This document shows positions 19,406 through 29,581 of a DNA stretch of 64,000 nt, one piece after another. The translations under genes and the position numbers were made by a program. Within the stretch, counting starts at the first letter, position 1; each line of letters opens with the position of its first letter. The notes below the pieces were generated by a model. That model was not told the origin of the DNA. It did no database searches and saw only the letters and a program-made list of their open reading frames with translations. This stretch comes from an uncultured Candidatus Hydrogenedens sp. (GTDB lineage Bacteria; Desulfobacterota_D; UBA1144): NCBI GenBank assembly GCA_902609885.1, contig CACLTT010000004.1:75556-139555 (forward strand), read 5' to 3'.

Positions 19406-19892
19406 TTTTAATTTTTAAAAACTCCATATAAAATTTTTCACCAAAATACCTTTTAAGTAAAATATCATTAATGAGCTTATAAGTTAAAAATCCTACAACT
19501 AAAATCATATTGTTATTTTTAATTTGAACCTCGACATTGACATCCAAATCAGACTTAACAATTTTGGTAACTAATGCTTTTAAGTTTATTTCTGGCTCAA
19601 CTTTATTTAAATATTCAATTGATAATTTTGTTGTCAATCCTACAGTCTTATATTTATTAAACATTGCCCAAAATCCTATTTCATCAATTATAGTAGCTTG
19701 AACCCCTCCGTGGATAATATTTGGAAATCCTGTATATAGTCTATTAAGTTTAAAATCTGAATAGCAGAGTTCCCCATCCTGAACAATATCCAGTTTTAAA
19801 CCAAACTTATTTTGAGAGGAGCATGCAAACGAATTATAATTAGTATATTTTTCAAATAAATTTTTTAATTTTTCGCAGATATTAGTCGTCAT
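19392..19892 (-). CDS. PaaI/hotdog-fold thioesterase
   Basis: [30 protein letters not shown]. Confidence 0.82.
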   Translation of the reverse strand: MTTNICEKLKNLFEKYTNYNSFACSSQNKFGLKLDIVQDGELCYSDFKLNRLYTGFPNIIHGGVQATIIDEIGFWAMFNKYKTVGLTTKLSIEYLNKVEPEINLKALVTKIVKSDLDVNVEVQIKNNNMILVVGFLTYKLINDILLKRYFGEKFYMEFLKIKNEYN

Positions 19893-22314
19893 CTTCTTTC
19901 TCATCAACTTTTGCAGCAGCTACAACTTTTATATCTTCTTCTAATTTCATTAGCCTTACTCCTTGAGTTGCTCTACCAATTATTGAGATATCAGAAGATT
20001 TAAGTCTGTTTGCCTTACCGACAGATGATAACAATATAATATCATCACCATCTTTAACTTGAAAAGCATTTATAATACTTCCGGTTTTTTCAGTAATTTT
20101 AAGAGTTGTAACGCCCTTGCCGCCTCTTCCAATTAGTCTATATTTTTCAACTTCTGTTCGCTTCCCGAATCCATTCTCTGTTATAGTTAATATTTGTGAT
20201 GATAAATCTTTGATAACCTCTGAGCTAACGACATAATCATCGCCTTTTAAACTTATACCTTTTACACCCATACTATTTCTACCAACTGACCTAACATTGT
20301 GCTCGTTAAATCTAATTGCTTGACCATTATGCGTTGAAATTAAAATTTGATCATCGCCGGAGCTAGTTCTAACAGAAATTAGCTCATCGTTATTTTTTAA
20401 ATTTATAGCAATGATTCCATTAGATCTAGGCCTTGAATACTCCTCCAGCTTTGTTTTCTTTATAATTCCACTTTTTGTAGTCATTATTAAAAACTTGTCT
20501 TGCTTAAAGTTTTTTAATGAAATATAAGATCTAACTTTTTCATTTTCTGACAATTCTAGTATATTTGTTAATGCTCTCCCTCTTGCTGTAAGACTTGATT
20601 CAGGAAGCTCATGAACTTTTCTCCAGAAGCATTTACCTGAACTGGTAAAAAACATCACATAATCATGGGTTGATGCGACAAAAACATGTTCAGCAAAATC
20701 ATTATTTTTTGATGTAGCACCAGTTCTACCAACACCTCCTCTCTTTTGACTCTTATATAGCTTCTCAGATGTTCTTTTAATAAAACCTTCGTGTGTAAGC
20801 GTGACTGTCATGTCCTCTTCGGTTATTAAATCCTCAATTGAAATTCCACCAAGATCTCTATCATCTATGTTTGTCCTTCTGCTATCACCGTACAAATCAA
20901 TCAATTCTTTCAATTCATCAATCATAATTTTATTAATTTCTTCATCACTAGATAGTATTTTTTCTATTTCTTTGATCCGCGTGATCAAATTTTTTCTTTC
21001 TTCAAATATTTTCTCTTGTTCCATTCCAGTAAGCCTTTGAAGTCTTAGATCGAGTATTGCATTGGCTTGAATAACAGAAATTTTTAACTTTTTAATTAAG
21101 GATTCTCTAGCATCACTAGGTTCTTTAGAAGATCTAATTATTTTAATTGTTTGATCTAATTTATCTAAAGCAACTTTAAAACCATCCAGCAAATGTAATC
21201 TATCTTTTGCTTTAGACAGCTCGAAAAGAAACCTCTTAGTGATTATTTCAAATCTATGGTCTATAAAACACTGGTTTATCTGCTTTAGTCCTAGCAATTG
21301 AGGCTTGTTTTTATCAATTGCCAAAAGAATAATCCCAAAGGTCGTACTCAATGGAGTCAATGAAAATAAATTATTTAAAATCACATTAGGATCATCATTT
21401 CTTTTTGGATCAATAACAATTCTCATACCATCCCTGTTAGATTCATCTCTAATATCCGAAATTCCTTTTATTTTTTCATCCTTGACGAGATCTGCTATTT
21501 TTTCAATTAATTTACTTTTATTAACTTGATATGGAATTTCAGTAATAACAATGGCATTTGTTTCTGTTTCTATAAAAGCCTTGCCTCTTAATTTAATTAT
21601 TCCTCTTCCAGTTGAATAGACTTGTTTTATAATTTCTTTGGAACCATGGATTATGCCGCCTGTCGGAAAGTCTGGGCCAGGAATAATTTCAATTAATTTT
21701 TCAATACTAATTTTTGGATTTTTAATTTGAGCTATTATTGCATTTGCTAATTCCTTAAAGTTGTGTGGTGGTATATTTGTTGACATTCCAACAGCAATTC
21801 CTGAGGCACCATTCAGTAAAAGATTAGGAATCTTTGATGGCAAAACTTTGGGTTCTTTTGAAGACCCATCATAATTTTCAATAAAATCGACTGTATTTTT
21901 TTCAATATCCTCTAATATTTCTGAAGTAAGTTTTGCAAGCTTTACTTCTGTATATCTCATTGCTGCTGCTGGATCACCATCAATTGAACCGAAATTACCT
22001 TGCCCATCAACAAGAGGGTATCTTAAGGAAAAATCTTGGGCCATTCTAACCAATGCTTCATATAAAGCGCTATCTCCATGAGGATGGAACTTGCCCATTA
22101 CATCGCCTACAACTCTGGCTGATTTTTTGTATGATTTATTTGATTCAAGACCTAAATCTTTCATTCCATATAACAATCTTCTATGAACAGGCTTTAAACC
22201 ATCTCTTACATCTGGCAAAGCTCTACCAATTATTACGCTCAATGAATAACTTAAATATGAATCTTTTAATTCATCATATATCTCTGTAGATTTAATATTT
22301 TTATCAATAGAAAT
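19882..22314 (-). CDS. gyrA: DNA gyrase subunit A (probable ATT start at 22314)
   Basis: [26 protein letters not shown], GyrA box QKRGGVG. The conserved N-terminus [11 protein letters not shown] lies upstream of the called TTG at 22242. Confidence 0.95.
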   Translation of the reverse strand: MSIDKNIKSTEIYDELKDSYLSYSLSVIIGRALPDVRDGLKPVHRRLLYGMKDLGLESNKSYKKSARVVGDVMGKFHPHGDSALYEALVRMAQDFSLRYPLVDGQGNFGSIDGDPAAAMRYTEVKLAKLTSEILEDIEKNTVDFIENYDGSSKEPKVLPSKIPNLLLNGASGIAVGMSTNIPPHNFKELANAIIAQIKNPKISIEKLIEIIPGPDFPTGGIIHGSKEIIKQVYSTGRGIIKLRGKAFIETETNAIVITEIPYQVNKSKLIEKIADLVKDEKIKGISDIRDESNRDGMRIVIDPKRNDDPNVILNNLFSLTPLSTTFGIILLAIDKNKPQLLGLKQINQCFIDHRFEIITKRFLFELSKAKDRLHLLDGFKVALDKLDQTIKIIRSSKEPSDARESLIKKLKISVIQANAILDLRLQRLTGMEQEKIFEERKNLITRIKEIEKILSSDEEINKIMIDELKELIDLYGDSRRTNIDDRDLGGISIEDLITEEDMTVTLTHEGFIKRTSEKLYKSQKRGGVGRTGATSKNNDFAEHVFVASTHDYVMFFTSSGKCFWRKVHELPESSLTARGRALTNILELSENEKVRSYISLKNFKQDKFLIMTTKSGIIKKTKLEEYSRPRSNGIIAINLKNNDELISVRTSSGDDQILISTHNGQAIRFNEHNVRSVGRNSMGVKGISLKGDDYVVSSEVIKDLSSQILTITENGFGKRTEVEKYRLIGRGGKGVTTLKITEKTGSIINAFQVKDGDDIILLSSVGKANRLKSSDISIIGRATQGVRLMKLEEDIKVVAAAKVDEKEDDD

Positions 22315-22375
22315 TGTAAAAAGTCTCCATGGAATTAATATGAATATTATACATTTTTATAGGTAAAAATGAAGT

Positions 22376-23386
22376 CTAAATATCCGAAATTATACCTTTT
22401 TTTACTATATTATTTACTAGGTTATCAGGACTGACATTTTTATATAGAACTCCATAGATTGACTCAAGTATTGGTGCTTTAAACTTAAATTTTTTTGAAA
22501 GTTTTATAAATGCTTTAGATGTAAAATATCCCTCGGCAATAGAATTTGAAGATTTTAATACGGATTTAATTTTCATACCTTTTCCAATCATAAAACCTAA
22601 ATTTCTATTTCTACTTTGTATTCCATAACAAGTTAACATTAGATCACCTACACCTGAAAGTCCCAAGAAAGTTGAATCTTTTGCACCCAGAATCTTTGAA
22701 AACTGTCTTATTTCAAATAAGCTTCTAGTTATAAATGCAGCTTTTGTACTCTCAGTGTTTCCTACTCCATCAATAATTCCCGCGCCAATTGCTATAACAT
22801 TTTTTAATGCACCTGCAATTTCAACTCCAATAACATCATTAGATCTATATACTTTTAGATTTGTATTTTCAAATAATGCTGCTGATAACTCAAGAGACGA
22901 ACTGCTTTTAGAAGAAAGAGTTACAGCTGTTGGCAATTCACTAACAACATCTTTTGCAAAACTAGGACCAGAGAGTGTTACATATTTTTTATTATCAATA
23001 TTAGCTGTCTCGGTGAATATTTGATTAATAAATTTTAAAGATTTTATATCAATTCCTTTTGAAGCATTGATAATTATTGATTTTGGATTTATTTGATTTT
23101 TTAATTTTAATAATATTGGACGAATATACTGTGTTGGAATCGTAAAAATATAAATATTAGAATCCAAAAAATCTTTATCTTTAATATCATTTATAGCTTC
23201 AAGATTATTTGATAATTTATGGCCTGGAAGAAAAAGTTTGTTTTCTCTAAGTTTATTAATAGAATCACATACAGACGTTTCTTTTACCCAAATTTTAACT
23301 TTTCTTGAATTATGAGCAATTAAGTTTGCCAGTGAAGTTCCCCAGCTTCCGCCACCAAAAACAGATACATTAGTATTTGATTTCAT
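22376..23386 (-). CDS. gpsA: NAD(P)H glycerol-3-phosphate dehydrogenase
   Basis: GGGSWGT, SKGI, LSGPSFA, GALKNVIAI, GLSGVGDL.LTC..SRN. Confidence 0.95.
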   Translation of the reverse strand: MKSNTNVSVFGGGSWGTSLANLIAHNSRKVKIWVKETSVCDSINKLRENKLFLPGHKLSNNLEAINDIKDKDFLDSNIYIFTIPTQYIRPILLKLKNQINPKSIIINASKGIDIKSLKFINQIFTETANIDNKKYVTLSGPSFAKDVVSELPTAVTLSSKSSSSLELSAALFENTNLKVYRSNDVIGVEIAGALKNVIAIGAGIIDGVGNTESTKAAFITRSLFEIRQFSKILGAKDSTFLGLSGVGDLMLTCYGIQSRNRNLGFMIGKGMKIKSVLKSSNSIAEGYFTSKAFIKLSKKFKFKAPILESIYGVLYKNVSPDNLVNNIVKKGIISDI

Positions 23387-23423
23387 AAGATATTAATATT
23401 ATATTTATTTTCTAAGAGTTACA

Positions 23424-23603
23424 ATGTTAAGAAGAGATTATTTAGGTTCTATTTTAGTATGCTCAATATTATTCACCCTAGTAGGTATTGGAGTATATAA
23501 AGCTTCTCATGTTGACCTAGCATTATATTTTAAAATTGTAGGATCTATAGTAGGAATCGCATTATTTGTTGGATTTATAACTAATCTTATAGGCAAAGAA
23601 TAA
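23424..23603 (+). CDS. Small two-TM membrane protein, 59 aa (absent from ORF track)
   Basis: MLRRDYLGSILVCSILFTLVGIGVYKASHVDLALYFKIVGSIVGIALFVGFITNLIGKE*. Fills the gap exactly, with its stop abutting the next gene's stop. Confidence 0.7.
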   Translation: MLRRDYLGSILVCSILFTLVGIGVYKASHVDLALYFKIVGSIVGIALFVGFITNLIGKE

Positions 23604-23999
23604 TTATTTTGAAACATTTTTATTGATCCATTCTATCATCTCAGTTGTTGATGTCCCAGGACCAAATATTTCTTTTACTCCAAATTCTTTTAGTTTTGGA
23701 ATATCTTCATCGGGGATAATCCCTCCCCCAAAAATAACAACATCACCTAAGCCTTTATCATTTAAGTTTTTAATAATTTCAGGAAATAAAAAATTATGAG
23801 CTCCTGATAATAAACTTACTCCAATTGCATCAACATCTTCTTGTAACGCAGCTTCGGCAATCATCTCTGGGGTTTGATGGAGTCCAGTATAAATTACTTC
23901 AAATCCTGCATCACGTAAAGCTCGTGTTATAATTTTTGCCCCTCTATCATGACCATCTAATCCTGCTTTAGCTATTAGAATTCTTATTTTATTAGACAT
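23604..23999 (-). CDS. Acyl-CoA (methylmalonyl-CoA) mutase small B12-binding subunit
   Basis: [13 protein letters not shown] (DxHxxG), SLLSGAH, GGGIIP, FGPGT. Confidence 0.93.
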   Translation of the reverse strand: MSNKIRILIAKAGLDGHDRGAKIITRALRDAGFEVIYTGLHQTPEMIAEAALQEDVDAIGVSLLSGAHNFLFPEIIKNLNDKGLGDVVIFGGGIIPDEDIPKLKEFGVKEIFGPGTSTTEMIEWINKNVSK

Positions 24000-24021
24000 A
24001 TTTAAATTTATTTATATCCTA

Positions 24022-24378
24022 TTAGTTATAGAAATACAATTTCTTACTGTAAATTGTTTTTGGGATTGAATCTACAACAAAACTAAAATTTAACTTTTCT
24101 CCTGGCTGCAAAGGATAATTATCACTATTCAACAATAAAACAGATCTTGTTTCAATAACTTCTCCATTTTTACTTTTAGCTATATACCTAATAGAAATAT
24201 TGTGAATAGGAATTGAGGATTTATTTATAAAAAAACCCGAATATTCAAATTTATTTTCTGAGTTTATTGTTTCTAGAACAACTAAATTATTTATTGAGTT
24301 TGCATTTAAATATGTAGTAAAAGAAATAAATGTTAAAAAAAATACAATAATAAATTTTTTAATTTTTATTTTTTTCAT
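24022..24378 (-). CDS. Secreted hypothetical protein (FxLYD-like beta-sandwich)
   Basis: Signal peptide MKKIKIKKFIIVFFLTF. G.F.N.S..I.NISI...NGEVI...LQPGEK.F pattern. Confidence 0.6.
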   Translation of the reverse strand: MKKIKIKKFIIVFFLTFISFTTYLNANSINNLVVLETINSENKFEYSGFFINKSSIPIHNISIRYIAKSKNGEVIETRSVLLLNSDNYPLQPGEKLNFSFVVDSIPKTIYSKKLYFYN

Positions 24379-25060
24379 CAGATATATTATTATGATCCTC
24401 AATAATTTGATTTATAATTTTTTGCATAATTTTTATTGATCCAATAGAACTTTCTTTAATATAAGAGGTATCAGTTATTGGTGGCTTCTTTTTCTTCGTC
24501 CATAAATAAAATAAAAATGCTTGGTTATTAAGTATTAAAAATAATAATAAATAAAAAACAGCATTAGTAGATAATGTTCTTAAAATTAAAGGTATGTTAT
24601 CTACTTCAACTCTAACAACACCCATGGGTTTTTCATCAGCCGCATAGAAAGGTCTTATTGCTACATATTTATTATTAAAAAAATATTTTTCGTCTTTATT
24701 AATCTCAGCTGAATCATCTTTTTGAAAATTTTCATTTACCCCAGCATCAACTTTACCTGAAATAATATCATCAGAAAAAAATATTGATATTATATTTGGT
24801 TTTGTTATAGCAAAAGCAGATGAAAGCTCATCAATTCCTATATTTGAATCTAAGTACGAAATAAAACCTTTTGTATTTTTTTGTTCATTTGCAGTAAAAT
24901 AAATTCCCGCTTGCTTAGCTATTAATTCTGTAAATTGTTTAGATTGTTTTTTGAGGGATTCTCTTTCAAGATTAAAATTAAATATAAAAATAGTTGATAT
25001 AAAAGCAAAAATTACTATTTGAATAATAAAAATTATTAAAAATCTACGTAAATAATACAT
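24359..25060 (-). CDS. Two-TM membrane protein with periplasmic sensor-like domain
   Basis: TM at N-terminus and near residues 165-187, flanking a ~130-aa loop ending in PMGVVRVEV. Short cytoplasmic tail. Confidence 0.65.
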   Translation of the reverse strand: MYYLRRFLIIFIIQIVIFAFISTIFIFNFNLERESLKKQSKQFTELIAKQAGIYFTANEQKNTKGFISYLDSNIGIDELSSAFAITKPNIISIFFSDDIISGKVDAGVNENFQKDDSAEINKDEKYFFNNKYVAIRPFYAADEKPMGVVRVEVDNIPLILRTLSTNAVFYLLLFLILNNQAFLFYLWTKKKKPPITDTSYIKESSIGSIKIMQKIINQIIEDHNNISDEKNKN

Positions 25061-25485
25061 TAAGCACTTTTTGATAGTTCGTAAACTTTTTGAAGAACCT
25101 CTTTAGAAACTCTTTTATCAGACTTTAATAGCATATATATCATACCTATAAAATCTTTTCTAACGTCAGAATTAAGATTCCTAAAAAGATCCAATAAAAG
25201 CTTTTCTGAACTAGTAATTGGTTCATTTAATGAGGATATTATTTTTTCTTTATTAAGAAACCTAAGTAATTTGTGATCTTTTGCTTTATTCCATACATTT
25301 TCAGATGAAACATTTAAAACCTTAGAAATTTCAAAACATTTAGTTTTAGATGGGGCATCTACCTTACCTGTTTCAAGTTGATGAATATATACAGTTGAAA
25401 CTCCAATGCCATTTGCAAGATTCTCTTGAGTAATACCTTTTGATTTTCTCAAAGATTTTAAAAAGTTACCGAATTCTTTATGCAT
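25060..25485 (-). CDS. XRE/Cro-CI family HTH transcriptional regulator
   Basis: FGNFLKSLRKSKGITQENLANGIGVSTVYIHQLETGK. Confidence 0.88.
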   Translation of the reverse strand: MHKEFGNFLKSLRKSKGITQENLANGIGVSTVYIHQLETGKVDAPSKTKCFEISKVLNVSSENVWNKAKDHKLLRFLNKEKIISSLNEPITSSEKLLLDLFRNLNSDVRKDFIGMIYMLLKSDKRVSKEVLQKVYELSKSA

Positions 25486-25491
25486 AAAACT

Positions 25492-25520
25492 ATTGTACAG
25501 ACATAGTAGTTATTTTTCAA
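25492..25520 (-). promoter_or_regulatory. sigma70 promoter of the XRE gene, predicted leaderless
   Basis: TTGAAA (25520-25515), 17 bp, TACAAT (25497-25492), then 6 nt to the ATG. Confidence 0.6.
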
Positions 25521-25528
25521 ACATGAAG

Positions 25529-25601
<73 letters not shown>

Positions 25602-25642
25602 AAATCAAGATTCGAAAAGTTTATATAATTAAAATTATTAAT

Positions 25643-25676
25643 CAAGAAAGCTTGTGGAGCCCAAAGGCTCCACAAG
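25643..25676 (-). terminator. Intrinsic terminator after the porin gene
   Basis: 11-bp perfect stem CTTGTGGAGCC/GGCTCCACAAG (25651-25676), 4-nt loop, followed by CTTTCTT on the minus strand. Confidence 0.8.
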
Positions 25677-25687
25677 TCATTAGCAAT

Positions 25688-26764
25688 TTAGAATGCTACG
25701 ATGTATTGTAGCGATGCTGTTTTTTGTGATTTGTTTTGAGGTGTAGAACCTTCACCAGCTTGGAAAGCTTTGAAGTTAGCAAAATCCATTCTGTATTCAG
25801 CTCTAAGAACTCCACCACCTACTGCCATTTCTGGAGTAATTGTGAAACTCTCTAATGTACCGTCATCACTTGCATTAACAAATGATGAATCTAAATCATC
25901 AAAACCTAATTTAGTATCACCTTCATCTTGGAAATATTCATATCTGACTGTTACAGACATTGTGTCTGTAATTGCTTTTGAAAGATATGTAGCGAATCCA
26001 AACCATTCTCCATCAATAGCAGAACCTGATTTAGTTTCTTTACCATAAACACCGTTAACCGTTAGGTCAGCGAATGCTAATGGATATCCAAATACAGCTG
26101 TATAAGTTTGCTGAATTGTATTAGCATCTGATCCGTCATTACCGTAGTTCATAGCTAAGAAAAGACTACCTTCTCCTACAGTTAAACCTGCAGCAGCTTC
26201 GATAATTTTCTGTTGATCTGAACCTTCATCATAGATGACGTCAGAACCATTGCTAACTCCGATATAAACTTCATCAGCTAACATACCTGGTTCAAACATT
26301 GCTCTAACACCTGTATTTTGGAAATTAATAGAATATCCAAATAAGAAGCTTCTTGTAATGTTCGGATTGTCTCCAGGATTTATTACCTCGTTACCAAGCA
26401 TTGTATCCATGTGGCCAACCATTACTGTGAATGCACCCACTGGAACTACTCCGTAAGCTTGATGTAAGAAAAATTCTTCATCACTAGTACCTAAATCGCC
26501 AGCCATTGCACCAAATAACGCATCTATTACAAAGAAATCATTCGCTACACCTAATTGAGCGCTTGGAGTAAAAGTTGACTCATCATCGCTAAAAGTATAG
26601 AAATTGTTTGCGTTATCTCCACCATTATCACCAAAGTTTGCTGTACCTTCAGTTACAACATACCCTGAGAAGGTTAGTGGAATTGCAGAATCAGCAGCAA
26701 AAGAATTTTTAACTGGTAAAGCTAAAAAAACTAGTACTAATGCAAATATAGTTAATTTACGCAT
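25688..26764 (-). CDS. Outer-membrane beta-barrel porin (DUF1597/BBP2-like)
   Basis: Signal peptide, SGYV, QAYG, GHMDTMLGNEVI..NPNITRSFLF, RYEYF, RAEYRMD, C-terminal YIVAF. Strong SD AAGGAGG. Confidence 0.85.
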   Translation of the reverse strand: MRKLTIFALVLVFLALPVKNSFAADSAIPLTFSGYVVTEGTANFGDNGGDNANNFYTFSDDESTFTPSAQLGVANDFFVIDALFGAMAGDLGTSDEEFFLHQAYGVVPVGAFTVMVGHMDTMLGNEVINPGDNPNITRSFLFGYSINFQNTGVRAMFEPGMLADEVYIGVSNGSDVIYDEGSDQQKIIEAAAGLTVGEGSLFLAMNYGNDGSDANTIQQTYTAVFGYPLAFADLTVNGVYGKETKSGSAIDGEWFGFATYLSKAITDTMSVTVRYEYFQDEGDTKLGFDDLDSSFVNASDDGTLESFTITPEMAVGGGVLRAEYRMDFANFKAFQAGEGSTPQNKSQKTASLQYIVAF

Positions 26765-26800
26765 AAATATAACCCTCCTTATGTTTTATAGTTATTTTTA

Positions 26801-26817
26801 TGCAAATAACATACCAA
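26801..26817 (-). promoter_or_regulatory. sigma54 (-24/-12) promoter of the porin
   Basis: Minus strand TTGGTATGTTATTTGCA, i.e. GG-N10-GC, matching TGGCAC-N5-TTGC. Confidence 0.75.
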
Positions 26818-26852
26818 ATTAATATAAAATTAACAATTTTTTTTAAATAAAA

Positions 26853-28196
26853 TTATTCTAGATCTTTACCTTTGGTCTCGGGAAGAAATAAAAGAACTAA
26901 AAATGCAAATATTGCAAATACAGATGCTGTCATTAAAGCTCTTCCATTCCCAATGATTTCACCATCAAAAATAAATGCGAATGAACTTACAGCAACAAAA
27001 GCAAATAAAGGGGGTGCAATTGCTGAGGCTCCTCTTCCAACATTATAGCTAAATCCTTGCGCTGTACCTCTCGCTCGAGTTGGAAATATTTCTGCGAATA
27101 TTGCGCCAAAACCAGAATAAAATCCAGTTGCAAAAAATCCTAATAATGGAGCAATTATAAGCACTAATGCATCTAGAGATATAAATCCCAAAAATTCCTG
27201 AATTTGCACTATATTTCCAAAAATTGGAACTAATAAAGCAACAATCAATAGATATGTACCGAAGGTTGTCTTCCTTCCAATTCTATCGCTTATCAAACCA
27301 AATGAAATGCAGCCTAAAATTGCTCCTATGTTAAGTGGAATAGTAAATCCAAAACCTTTGACAATTCCTAAACCTGCACCTCCCTCAGAAACGGGACTTG
27401 CCAGATAATTAGGTACAAAATAACTTAAGCCCCAATAAGATATCATGCAAAAACTTGTCAATAATGTTGCTTTTATTAACATTGATCTGATTTCTTTAGA
27501 ATTAAAAATTTCAAAAAAAGTAAATTCTTGTTTTGTTTTAGATCTTTCCTCCGCAGATTTTTTCCAAATTTCGGGTTCCTCACAAACTCTTCTGACATAA
27601 AATACTAGAAATGCAGGTATTACACCTAGAAAGAAAAGAACTCTCCAACTTTCAACAGGAAAGTCAGTATTTACAAAAGGAATCATATTTAAATTAAAGT
27701 CATCAACGGGTAATACAAAAGTTGCTAAAATTGCGGCAAAAATAAATCCGAAACCCCAACCACTTTGAACCATGCCGACTACTTTACCTCTATGTTGCTT
27801 AGGCCAACTTTCTGCAACCAAAATTTCACCAGAAGCCCATTCGCCACCCATTCCTAATCCTAGAAGAAAGCGGCAGACCACAAAAAAGAAGATATCAGGA
27901 GAGAAAGCTGAAAGCATAGTGAAAAGTGAATAAATTAAAATTGAATATGTCAGGGCTTTAACTCTACCAACATAATCTGAAATTATTCCAAAAACAATTC
28001 CACCTAAAGCTGAAGAAGCTAAAGTAATACTAAATAGTAAAGCAGCTTGAGTTCCAGTTATATCAAATGTTTGTGCTATGAATTTAAACGCAAAAACATA
28101 TAAAAGTAAGTCCATTGCATCCAATGTCCAGCCAAAAAAAGCTGCGATGAATGTTTTCCATTGCTTAGAATTAATATCATTCGTCCACTGGAACAT
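26853..28196 (-). CDS. MFS transporter (aromatic acid/sialate:H+ symporter-like)
   Basis: GWTLDAMD, GIISDYVGRVK, GLGMGGEW, ESWP..RG, SDRIGRK, EIFPTRARG, LPETKG. Confidence 0.9.
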   Translation of the reverse strand: MFQWTNDINSKQWKTFIAAFFGWTLDAMDLLLYVFAFKFIAQTFDITGTQAALLFSITLASSALGGIVFGIISDYVGRVKALTYSILIYSLFTMLSAFSPDIFFFVVCRFLLGLGMGGEWASGEILVAESWPKQHRGKVVGMVQSGWGFGFIFAAILATFVLPVDDFNLNMIPFVNTDFPVESWRVLFFLGVIPAFLVFYVRRVCEEPEIWKKSAEERSKTKQEFTFFEIFNSKEIRSMLIKATLLTSFCMISYWGLSYFVPNYLASPVSEGGAGLGIVKGFGFTIPLNIGAILGCISFGLISDRIGRKTTFGTYLLIVALLVPIFGNIVQIQEFLGFISLDALVLIIAPLLGFFATGFYSGFGAIFAEIFPTRARGTAQGFSYNVGRGASAIAPPLFAFVAVSSFAFIFDGEIIGNGRALMTASVFAIFAFLVLLFLPETKGKDLE

Positions 28197-28202
28197 CTAT
28201 GA

Positions 28203-28269
28203 ATGGTACTAAATATAAGAAAATTAGTCAATTCGAAATTATTGCATTAAATTTAAAGATTGTTAAAAT
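28203..28269. promoter_or_regulatory. Divergent sigma70 promoters for MFS (-) and miaB (+), both predicted leaderless
   Basis: Minus strand: TTGACT-17-TACCAT, 6 nt to ATG 28196. Plus strand: TTGCAT-16-(TGt)TAAAAT, 7 nt to ATG 28277. Confidence 0.55.
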
Positions 28270-28276
28270 TTTCTAG

Positions 28277-29581
28277 ATGAAAAAAGAATCTGTTTTTATT
28301 GAAACTTATGGATGCCAAATGAATGAGTATGATTCTGATAGAATAATAAATGCTCTAAATGCAACCCCCACAAATATGCCTGAAAATGCAGATATTATAA
28401 TTATCAATACGTGTGCGATTAGAGAAAAAGCTGATCATAAAGCTGTAAGTGCAATAGGTCGATATAACAAACTTAAAAAAAATAAGCCTGAACTTATAGT
28501 AGGCATATCTGGTTGTGTAGCTCAGCTTTACGGTAAAAAACTTTTAAAAGATATGCCATATTTAGATTTTGTTCTAGGGCCTAGAGGTATTCCTCAAATA
28601 CCAAAGATTATAAAAGATATCAGAAGTGAGAATAATCACCGTCCTATTGAGACATCTATGGATGTTCAAGACGTATTTGATATAACCCCATATCATAAAA
28701 AAGATAAAGTTGCAGGCTTTGTTTCCATCCAACAAGGATGCAATAAAAAATGTGCATATTGTATTGTGCCGACAACCAGGGGAGGTGAAATTAATAGGCC
28801 AATTAATGAAATAATTTCTGAATCTAGGTATTTGGTTGAATTAGGTGCAAAAGAAATAACTTATATTGGACAGACAGTAAACTCTTGGAAACATAATAAA
28901 TTAAGATTTCCAAGCCTACTTGATAATCTTCAAGAAATTAATGGACTTGAAAGAATTAGATTTACTACATCATTCCCCAAAGACATAACTTCAAATATGA
29001 TATATTCTATGAAAAAGAATAGTAAAGTATGTAAACAGCTCCATTTGCCAGTACAGTCGGGCTCTAATAAAGTTTTAAGAGAGATGAGCAGAACATATTC
29101 AATTGAATGGTATAAACAAAGAATTGAAATGTTGCGAGATGTAATACCTGACATTGCTTTATCTACAGATATCATTATTGGCTTTGGTTCAGAAAGTGAA
29201 AAAGATTTTCAAGAAACAATGGACTTAATAAATCTTATTGAATTTGATACTGTTTATTCTTTTAAATATTCAGTTCGCCCTGGAACTCCCGGTGAAAAAA
29301 TGGAATATCATGTTCCAGACGATAAAGCTTCAGAAAGATTATCCATTCTTCAAGAGAGACAAAAAGAAATTACTTTCAAAAAAAATTGTGATAATCTTGG
29401 AAAAATCACAGAAGTTTTAATTGAAGGTTACAGTAAACAAAATAAAAATGATCTATATGGAAGAACAACCCATAATAAAGTAGTAAATGTTAGAAATCTA
29501 GATGATTCTAATATTGGAAAATTGATTAATGTAAAAATTACTGAAGCAACACAGAATTCTTTAATTGGTGAACAAGCATAA
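28277..29581 (+). CDS. miaB: tRNA-2-methylthio-N6-dimethylallyladenosine synthase
   Basis: TYGCQMNEYDS, NTCAIREKA, GCVAQ, CxxxCxxC (CNKKCAYC), HLPVQSGS, TRAM domain. Confidence 0.95.
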   Translation: MKKESVFIETYGCQMNEYDSDRIINALNATPTNMPENADIIIINTCAIREKADHKAVSAIGRYNKLKKNKPELIVGISGCVAQLYGKKLLKDMPYLDFVLGPRGIPQIPKIIKDIRSENNHRPIETSMDVQDVFDITPYHKKDKVAGFVSIQQGCNKKCAYCIVPTTRGGEINRPINEIISESRYLVELGAKEITYIGQTVNSWKHNKLRFPSLLDNLQEINGLERIRFTTSFPKDITSNMIYSMKKNSKVCKQLHLPVQSGSNKVLREMSRTYSIEWYKQRIEMLRDVIPDIALSTDIIIGFGSESEKDFQETMDLINLIEFDTVYSFKYSVRPGTPGEKMEYHVPDDKASERLSILQERQKEITFKKNCDNLGKITEVLIEGYSKQNKNDLYGRTTHNKVVNVRNLDDSNIGKLINVKITEATQNSLIGEQA

